DNA of 64,000 nucleotides from Auanema rhodensis (Eukaryota > Animalia > Nematoda): NCBI GenBank assembly GCA_964057225.1, contig OZ059897.1, positions 13,764,001-13,828,000 on the forward strand, written 5' to 3'. Positions 41,259 through 51,187 of this stretch are shown in pieces. The first letter of the stretch is position 1. Each line of letters opens with the position of its first letter. The notes under the pieces were generated by a model. That model was not told where the DNA came from. It did not search any database and was given only the letters and a program-made list of their open reading frames with translations. Position numbers and translations under genes: made by a program.

Positions 41259-41816
41259 TCACTGTGATGACCTCTCAAAATTTTTAATCTGAAAAATAAA
41301 GATAAATTGTTGAAATCGAAACTTCAAACGTTTTCTAAATTTTGTGATTCGAATGCAATTGGTAAGCAATTCAGATCATATTGAGAATCACACGACAAAT
41401 TATATTTGTTAATCGTCTAAAATGTGTACACATATAAGTTCAAACTAGAATATGTTTTTCACTTGATCCTGAGGAGCTACTGGAGATACATGTGGATAGT
41501 TTGAAGATCTAACAAATATATCATCATCTATATAGGAGTAGCTGTAGTCAGTATTCTAAACTTATGGTAAGAAAGGCATTTGCTCTTATATTACCTCGGA
41601 GCAAATACTGTATTCACTTTTATTAAACATGTAACAATATTGTGATAATGGTACTTCGTCCTATAAAAATAAATGCTATATTTTATATTTTTAAAACACA
41701 CACTAAATCCAGATTATTATGTTCGAATATATAGAAACTGTTATTCTAAAAAAAATGGCAAATAAAAATGTTTTGAAAAATGATGATACCAAATTATCCA
41801 GCTCTATTCCCGACAT
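41259..41816 (-). CDS. Small orphan protein (about 110 aa, 6 exons), absent from the ORF track
   Basis: MSGIELDNL|NNSFYIFEHNNLDL|DEVPLSQYCYMFNKSEYSICSE|NTDYSYSYIDDD..PQDQ|TINKYNLSCDSQYDLNCLPIAFESQNLEN|IKNFERSSQ*. Five phase-0 GT-AG introns of about 39-46 nt all keep frame. Confidence 0.7.
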
Positions 41817-42438
41817 ATCAACCGCTTACAGATCGAACTTACTAATAAATGAAAACGTAAAATCTATTATGCTGATTAAAATATATTTTTTAATTCGTTA
41901 GTGAAGCATTAATGAATTCGTTTGGTTTCAATTCATATGCATATAAATCCAATATATTCCGGTTTACAACATTAGAAAAATTTAAAATATACTACTTAAA
42001 TTAACTATCCGAGATTTAAATGAATACTTCCTTTCAGAAAAATGAGCAGTAAAAAACTTTTGAAATTTAATATTCAAACATGTTTTGCTGTTTACTGTTT
42101 TGTACGATAATCACAATTACGTTTAGGTTTATAAATGTTTCCACTTTCCGGAAACCTTGTTGGTTTTGAAAGCACAGTACCATCAACATCCGTCTCATCA
42201 AGGAAAAAGATCTATTTTAGATGAACATAAAGATAAATAGTTATATTGCTAATACTGACAAATATTCTTATATGAAGCCCAATTTTAGTCTTTAGAATTT
42301 TCAGATTTAATAGTAATAGCAATCTTATTGAATAGTATAGAATTTTTTTTAAATCCAGTGAAATTAATGCATCTAAAATTATAACGAGAAATTTTATTTG
42401 ACAAAATATAAGAAATAGATGTTAAATTATAGTTAACA

Positions 42439-43930
42439 TTACATATTGAACCCCCCGTTTATTTTTTTGCGATGACGCAATTGGGCAGGGAGTGTTATTT
42501 GCGGACCTTCCTTGCTTCAACATGTTTATGAACCCAAGGATGCTGCATTACCTTAAAGAATCAAACACATAGAAAGAGCAAAGGTAAAGGTAAAACTGTA
42601 CTTGTTCTAAACTGATTCGATCTTCCGGCCTTCTTTGTAATAATTTACTTATCAAATCTCGCGCTCCTGGACTAACAAAAGAGGGGAACGTATAACTTAC
42701 CTAAACAAGAAAAAGTAAAAATATATAACAAAAATACTCACATTGCGAATATTAGCATAAGTTTGATTAGTGTCATCATTTTCAAATGGAGGCCGGCCAA
42801 CTAGAAATTCATAGCACAAAACACCAATTGACCAAATATCAACCTATAATTAAGATATATTTAAAATACATAATTAGAATTGTACAAAATACAAACCATT
42901 GCATTATGTTCTTCACCCACCACCATTTCTGGAGGTAAATAGTCCATTGTTCCACACATAGTTTGACGCCTAAAAAAAAGGTTGGCATATAATATGCAGC
43001 ATTTAAATACTTGTTGATTCCAGCATGCACACTCCAGCCAAAATCGGCTATTTTTAGTTCACCCAATGAGCCTAAGAGTAAATTTTCTGGTTTAATATCT
43101 CGATGAATTACATTCTTATGGTGACAATATGACAGAGCATCGGCTATTTGATACATATACTAAATATTACTAAATTATAAAGAATTAAAACCAAAAAGCA
43201 TTACCACAGCAGATGACTCCTCGTCAAAACGGCCTTTATTTTGTAAATATTTGTACATTTCACCGTTCACAGCATATTCAAGAACAAGATATACTTTTTT
43301 GCCATCCCAAAAGTACGTGTGCAACCGTAGCACATTAGGATGTCTGAAAAATACATTAAAACATATGAAAACAACATAAGTTAACAAATATATACCTTAA
43401 ATGAGTCTGAATATCTATTTCACGGCATAGTTGGTGCTCTACTTTAGAGCTAACTAATTGACTTTTGAAAAGAACCTGTTGAATTTAAATGTATCTCAAT
43501 TTCAGAAAATATCATACTTTAACAGCTACTAACAGATTATTGAACATAGGTGCCCGTGCAACATAAACACTTCCGAATTTTCCTTTCCCTAATGGGCGAC
43601 CAATCTCAAAATCCTTTAGATTGAAATAACTAAAAACAATTTGTAATAATAAATATTTGTAATTCTCTTAAGAAAATAAAAAAAACCTACCCTCCATAAT
43701 CTGAAGTGAATGATCTTTGATAAAAGTTTTTTTCATCATCTGTAAGACTCCCCACACTTCTTTTTTTCTACGTTGAAAATATTTTAAAGAATAAAGCAAA
43801 GCTATTTTCATACCTTATATAACATCCTAGCAATAGATTCGCCCTTTTGTGGAAGAGGATAGTTTTCCAATGGTTCCACAACCACCTTTGAATTGAAAAT
43901 ACTACCAAAGGTGCTACTTGCCTCAGTCAT
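42439..43930 (-). CDS. air-2: Aurora kinase, Aurora B/AIR-2-like
   Basis: [80 protein letters not shown]. Catalytic motifs are intact; it could be a paralogue rather than the orthologue. Confidence 0.88.
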
Positions 43931-44346
43931 TCTACAAATACAAAAATAAATATTATAATAAACAAAATAAATCTAATTTACAATAAGCGCTTTAAAAACA
44001 TAGAAAGCTTGGAAATGTTATGCTAATTATTTTTTTAAAATTCCCGCCAGAACAAATCAATCCCACCACGAATACTGTGGGCGTGGCTTAAGAAGGTTTG
44101 GATAACATACAGTATTGTAGCATCAGGATGCTTACTGTAGATGAATATTTTTAGAAAAGTTGTTTAGAGCAATAGTAAAAGTTTTATTTACACTGGGTGA
44201 ACTAGATCGAATACACAATATACATACCAATAACATTCAACTCAACAAGCTCTTGACGTAAATTTTTCCACGTGAAATTCATTATTGGTTGCATAATTTT
44301 AATCGTTCGGCTGTTTTTGTGGCATATATAGCTGGAATCAATTAAA
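43931..44346. promoter_or_regulatory. Short bidirectional promoter (air-2-like and + strand orphan) with an E2F/DRM-type site
   Basis: Divergent ATGs about 415 bp apart. TTCCCGCC at 44041 lies next to TTTAAA (CDE/CHR-like arrangement); GTGGGCGTGG near 44077. Confidence 0.55.
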
Positions 44347-46654
44347 ATGACAAAAGTTATATTTATGCTTTTATGCTGTGTAAGTTCTTTAAATTAGCTT
44401 TTAATTAAATAATAGAAAACATGAAGATAGTTACCACATATTCGGGATCTTCGGAAATCTTATTTGATACTTCTGATACATTTGAGCCCTGGTTAAATTA
44501 TGATTGTGGAGACAATGTCTATTTCAAGTCTCGTACTGGTGTTAAAGTTAAAAACAACGTTGAGTTAGTAAGCTGGCAAAAAATAAAAATAAAAAAACAT
44601 TTCAGATGCTTTCTTGATCCACTTTATTTAACCTTTCTTAATGTTGGTAGTGACCCTCTGCCTAAACCTAACATCTATGCGTCATACGGCGTTTCGGAGA
44701 GAGATACATGTAAAAAGTATTCCTTTTACTCCTTAATGTTGTCATTATACCAATTTTAGCTTTATGGTTTGCGAAGCAAGACAACAATTATCCATGAAAA
44801 ACTGTCTAGAGAGTATGTTCATGAAAGTTTATGATTTCACTGCTGATCAAATATTCGAAACAATGGTTTGACTCGCTCCGTATTTCTTTATTTTAAATTT
44901 TCTAAGGTGGTTCCTAAAATATCACTTGTATATTCTCTCGACCCTCATTGTACATATGAGTACAGACATGAAACAGGGAAACAAATCACGAGATTTCATA
45001 GGTACTACATTTGAATAAAATATTTGACTTGTTATGTGGCAGATGGAGAACGCCAGATTATTTATCAATTTACCAAAATCTGTCATTAGGAGATCTCCAA
45101 GTTCATAGCGATGGTAAAGACCTGTTCATTAAAACAGAAGCTATTGAAGATCCTAAAACGGTTGGTAAAGTATAACAATTTTTTTTAGAAATCATTTAGA
45201 ATCCACATAAACGAGTAGAATTACAAGAAAAATTTGAATTTGTTACCGATTCTTTTGATCAAGAAGTTGCTAAGTCATATAAGTTTGACAAATTAAAGCC
45301 TTGCAATAGTTTGTACGTTCTTTCTCAATAATATTTTTTAACCAATTTATGAACCCAATTTAAGATGTGACTATGGACAAATGATTACTTACAATGTTAG
45401 TGCAGATTCCATTTTTCATTTTAAACTTCACGTGAAGAAATCATGCGATTGGTTTGGCATAAGTACTTTAATTATTTCAAGAAACTAATTTTAGGGTTGC
45501 CTTTTGCTCTGTGCATACTCGAACAAGATCTGGACGATATTGCGAAAAGAGTGACACTACAATTTTATCGTTGCGCAATGATGTAGTATTTTTCTCCTCT
45601 TCCCGTTAGTTCATAAAAAGTTTCTGAATTCGACAAATCTTCCAGCGATTGCTATACCATTGAAAATGCAAACAGGAAAATTTGGTAATGATTTTTCGTT
45701 GATTGAATTAACAAAACTAGAAAGTGGAATGGTATATTTTTAAATTATGTTATGTTCAAACTTTCTATGAAACAGATTGCAATAACTAACTCATTGCGAC
45801 AAAGAGCTATAAACAGACATGTTGAAAATCGAAATAGTGAATCTTTAACTTTTCTATTTCCACAATCAGACTGTTTGAAGGAAAATTTAGGAATCGAAAC
45901 GGTAAATAATTACAGAAATCTTTAATCATGCATGTCCAGAATGTGAGTAATGGGCGTGTGTACATACAAGTATCAGAAGATCCAAAGAAAATCAAAGCAA
46001 GCCCAACTTTAGCGAAGTTAGCTGAAGTGACAAAGGCCAAAAAAGTTGTTATAAAAACGGTACAATATTTTCGATAAATTCCGATCTTTAAAATATTTAA
46101 AGACAACAGCAGATCCGCTTTCTCTTACTGTAGCACCTACAAAAGCACTTAACATGTATGCTGGCAACGGTAGAGGTTATAACATTTATAGTTATGTTTT
46201 TTTTACTTATAGAGGTGGCTGTCTCTCTGAAATTAGCTTATCATGGATGGTCGGCATGGGCTATTTTCTTTGGATTCTTAACAGGAACTATAACTGGTGG
46301 TTTGGGGTTAGCAGGTTCTTTATATATGCTGCGACGTTCAATGTATACCAGCTGGTATCAAACTATAAAAAAATCAATAAAAGTGTTACTTCCTCTTTAG
46401 GTATCGAGGAATGCATAAGTTCTATGGACGTGATTCTTCAATGGAATCTACAGTGGGAGTTACTGTTGCAGGTGGTTCACACGGCAAGAAACCTAACTTT
46501 AAGAAATTCAGAGAGTATAGTACAAAGCAGCATGGGCTCAATAGCTTCTGCAGTATCAACTGTTGGCTCTGATATGTCTAATGTGGCTTCGACTGTTTTA
46601 CCAACTCAATCGCTCAATTTGGCAACGCCATCATCAAAAAAGAGAAAATATTAA
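44347..46654 (+). CDS. Orphan membrane protein: signal peptide, Cys-containing ectodomain, C-terminal TM segments, Ser-rich tail
   Basis: MTKVIFMLLCC|IVTTYSG.., many short frame-consistent exons, hydrophobic WSAWAIFFGFLTGTITGGLGLAGSLYML followed by RR, tail ending TPSSKKRKY*. Confidence 0.7.
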
Positions 46655-46666
46655 ATAATTGAACAA

Positions 46667-49600
46667 TTATTGTTTATTCCAGTAAATGTTGAGCTTGTCT
46701 AATAGAGTTCTATATTTACGGATCTTCTCTTGATTTACCAACGACGTATTGTAATTATACTGACGTCGTTTTCGTGTCAGCTCACAATCTTCATCTCTCA
46801 AAATTCGGATTAATGATTGGCTCAAACCGGTGCGGAAAGAGAAATTCGATTGTCGATTGCATGAAGCCCAGTTTTCAAATGTTATCTTAGCGAAATAATT
46901 TGGTGGATAAACCTAGAACAGAAATTCGTCGCTAAAAAAAAAGATGTGTTACCTGTCCTAGAACAAGTCGTTTCGAAAATAAGCCTGACAGAGGAGTGCA
47001 ATTAGAGCCATGAAGTTTTTCGAAAATTTCACGTTCTTCGTCTGTCAAATATTCCGTACATTTTCTAAGATTAATTATAAAACTAAATTAATTTTGATCA
47101 AATGTTTACTGTTTGGAAACAAGACTGTTCGTTTTACCAGCCGTTTTTTTAACATTCTTAGGAAAAGATGATTTAAGTTCAGCTAATTTGGAAGGAAGAA
47201 CTACAAACAAATCTGGATTCAATTTTAATCGACTCGGTTCAAACTTGAAGTCATATCTAAAAAAAAAAACCAATTCTATATCACGAATATTTTTACTTAT
47301 CAACAACTCCTTCTCGTCCTCCCAAGCTTCTTCGGGCAGGAGCTTCATCTACTGCTCGAATTAATCTTCCATCGGATGATCTCTTGAATAATATCTTTGT
47401 TAAGTAATGAGAATATAAAAAACCAATTTCTCAAACGATTCACTAAGTACAGCCACATGCTCTATGACCTCGTGTTCCAGCAAGCAAATTGCTCTGTGGT
47501 AAATATTCGGCATGGTGAGGACTTTATTAGTAATACCTTCGTTCAGCAGCCATTACAAACCTTAACCCATTAGAGGTAAAGGTATCCAGTGCTGAAAGAC
47601 TGTTTTCCAAACATAGAGGTAGAATCAAAATAAGATTTTTGGCCTGAAGAAACAGTTCACATTGTTTTTAAATTTGGACTTACTTGACAAAATACACCTG
47701 AAGTTCGTTTGACCGACATCGTAGTGACATTTGGAAAACCTTGAAAAAAGAATATGCATCAAGAAATAAATGCTATCTTACTGAGACCAAAAGGATCATC
47801 CGATATAAGTCGAACATCGGCATGTTCCAACCCAATCAAAGACTCGGCAACACACCGAGCAGAAGCAAAATCATAGCATAAAATAACTCCTTGGGTAGGT
47901 AAGCCTGCATAGAATTTACTATATTAGAAATTACATATAAAAAAGAAGTATACCTGTTTTTATCCACTGACAGATTTGATCTCGTATGATTAAATACTTG
48001 ACGTGACTAGCATAAATTTTTTCTTTGTTATTTTTTTCGTCTAAATTACATAAAAATTTATTACCAACAAAAAAACAGACACAAAGAATATAATACCTTG
48101 AAATGTAGAATACTCATTCTGAATTTTGTTAAAGATTCTAGAAATTTTCTTGTCACTTAAAATAAATAGTTGCAAGTCCTCAGATTGCTGATTATTTTGA
48201 GGATCATTCAAGAAATCTATAAAAAAACGAAAACAATGTGAAATTTATTTTTTATTACCTGTCATATAGAGCCACAAAGCTCTGGGTCCAAACAAAACTA
48301 ACACCTTATACATTTCAAAGAAAAAGTGAAATATGTTATACTGTTTTAGTAAAGAAGTGGGCAGTGGATCACCCTGAAAAAGTATTAATAAATATTTTAA
48401 AAAAATGCAATATATACAAATAAATCCCATTTTATATGAAAAATATCCATTAAATCGGTACTCGGAAGATTGTAGTGATCTTTAAATTGTTCAATAAGTG
48501 GTTTTAAAATCTGAAGCAATGTATATACTACACTGGATTTCACTAGCAAAACCTCTTCTAAATGCTTCATCACATACGTTATCCCCGATGTTAGATCAGA
48601 GTCTTTCCATAGTGACGAAACTATACCAATAGGAACAGCATCACATCTAGCATTAAAAAAAAGAAACGTCACATGCCAATTTGATATACCTAAACATTGC
48701 ATCCAACCCAGAAGGTTCTTCCCATTGTGATAGAAGCAACGACGTAATGAGTTGCTGTCTTTTTGATATAGAAGACGTACGACGGGATCCATCAGGTAAT
48801 GAAGGTATTGAAACAATAAGTCTGAATGTTACCTAAAATGCAGAATGCAATTGCGTTCAATATAAATATATCAGTACTCCCGTAGAAACTAAAGGGCCAA
48901 CAATTTTCTTTTGTTTTGAAACATTTTCACCAGGATCCATATGCAGAACTAAACAACGTATTTTATTGCAAAAGGAAGGCTCATTCTCAACAACTTTGGT
49001 CATGCACTGAAAAGGTAACTGTTAAAAAATAGAACAAATAAAACAAACCTGAATGGTAGTTACAATAACTTTTCCATTTTTCTCCGAAAGTTTTTTAAAA
49101 TTTTGATACGCTGGTATAAGGGTTATCTACGATTATCGAATTATCAATAAAATCTGAATGTTACTAACATCAGAATCTGATAGGTTATTTTCTAAGCAAA
49201 TTTGAATAAAATCTTCAGCCGATTCCATTGAAGAATAACAAAACACAACACGTGATTCCGCAAACCATCTGAAGATTCTGATTTGCAGAAAAGGACAAAA
49301 AATAAACCTCAGAAAATTAACGAATACCACAGACACTATGAAGTTTGTTGATATGCTGAATGGTAAACTAATACATGTGTTTTGAGATATACAGGATTTG
49401 ATCAAATGAAACTAAAATGAAGTGTGAATGTAAAAAAGGTAAACTTTCTAACTTCATATGAGCGGATATGCTGCTTTATAGGGAAGAGAATTGTTTTACC
49501 ATTTTCTTCATTGAAAGATAATCCTCCTAATATATGATTTCTATATATTCAATTATTGAAGTAATTTTAATTGCATAATCCTACATATTTCCTGAAACTT

Positions 49601-49989
49601 TACCAGATCCTGAGGTGTTGTTATAAGAGAATGGTGATAACTTAGAGAATCTCTGAACGAAGAAACTATTGAGAAAAACAAGGTAAATTTATTTACCGCT
49701 CCATTCGGAGAGAATTTGGAATCTACAAAGCATACGCTTTAATCTATTGAAAAAAAACCTTTTACAATTACTCTTCTGTTGATAGCGAGGAGTCCCACAT
49801 TTAGGATTTGTAAAGCTATGGGTAGGTGCATCTTCAGCTAAGGTTATAACATCTATATGCAAAAGAAAAATATGGTGAGAAAATGAAAAACAAACCAGGT
49901 TGTTTGGTTTTTTGCTCATTCTTTGTTGTTTGTTGTTTTTGCCATAGTTCAACAATAGAAGCTGTCCTTGATTGCTTTTTTGGAGGCAT
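46667..49989 (-). CDS. fncm-1: FANCM/Mph1-family protein with degenerate helicase motifs (fncm-1-like)
   Basis: IKSCISQNTCISLPFSISTNFIVSVVFVNFLRWFAESRVVF aligns by eye to FANCM ([39 protein letters not shown]). CLVLHMD sits at the motif II position. C-terminal YLTDEEREIF..TFENWAS resembles the MHF-binding segment. E2F-like TCCCGCG at 50046 upstream. Confidence 0.72.
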
Positions 49990-51187
49990 GCACTATCAAT
50001 ACGAAACTTTGAGCTTTATCAGAAATTATTTCAAATCTAAGTTACTCCCGCGTTGTTCTGGGGCGCTGTTTTCTCCTTTCGAATGGAATGGAGTGTAGTG
50101 TTATATATAATATGTTTTACAGAACAATAGTCACAATTTGATATAGAATTGAATATTTAAGGTTGTTCTGATCAAAAACGAGAATTTATTAAAACATTTT
50201 CGCTCCTTCTTGGGATACTTGTTCGGTGAAAAATATTATTTTAGACTAATTGTATTTCGGTTATTACTCACTATTTGAAGTTGATTTTTTGCCATCCAAA
50301 TCAATGATAAGTAAAAACAGTTTCGCGGACTGGAATATACAATAGAATAGAAAATGATTAATATCTTTTCATTCTGAAAACGATCAAAAGTTCATAATTC
50401 AGCTCGATCTTCTTTACATAATCTTATCAGAGATTTTATATCAATTTTTTCTCATTATAACTGTTCTGCATTCAACCCAATAATTTTCACATTTTAAGTG
50501 TTTATCATTAATCTAATTGGTTTTTAATCTTTGTTTTGTGACTGCATGATTCAAATACTAATATAAAACTGTTTACATCAATATGTTCTGTTTTATTTCA
50601 AGTTCAAAATTAGTCTACCTTTATTTATATAATGAAAATTCACTTTCTTCTATTGTATAGAACGCATGACCATATGGCTACGCTGTATTTTGATCTTATC
50701 ATACTGTCAAGGTTCTATCATTATCTCTGTCTGCGATTCAGTATATCTGACTTAATTCGATATTGTTATCTATTCAATATTAAAAAAATCAATAAAATTC
50801 TAATAAGGTTTCAAATATCTTAATTCTTTCGGCAAGATTAGGATGTCAAGCCTAAATGTTTGACTTTATTTTTTATAATAATTATCAAAAACATGCTTGA
50901 TAAGGTAAACTAGTCACATGAGCATATTGATTGCTTAAACAATAAATTTGTACATACAAAATTGTATTAGAGCTTAGTTTCGACACTATATTGGTTAAGT
51001 CTTTTTAAAAATATTCTTGTCTTTTTCTATTCTTTGTTCTACCACTGATAACCAAGCAATCAATAAATCACTGTTTGTACCATTCCACAGTTTCTTTTGA
51101 CGATGATTTCCCATTTACACTTAGTTTTAATTTTCGTAATTTTGAATATGAATTTTTTAATCCTTAACTTTACTGAAGTTTTACAGA

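Larger units (their letters stand above)
27241..43930 (-). other. Probable polycistronic (SL2-type) operon or operons, up to nine co-oriented genes
   Basis: All nine genes are on the minus strand with short gaps and unpaired acceptors just before the ATGs. Example: AATAAA near 33571 followed about 75 nt later by TTTTCAG at 33493 ahead of sqv-2. pigw-1, sqv-2, ubc-26, ubc-15 and ncap-1 are also neighbours in C. elegans (Y110A2A cluster, from recall). Confidence 0.65.
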
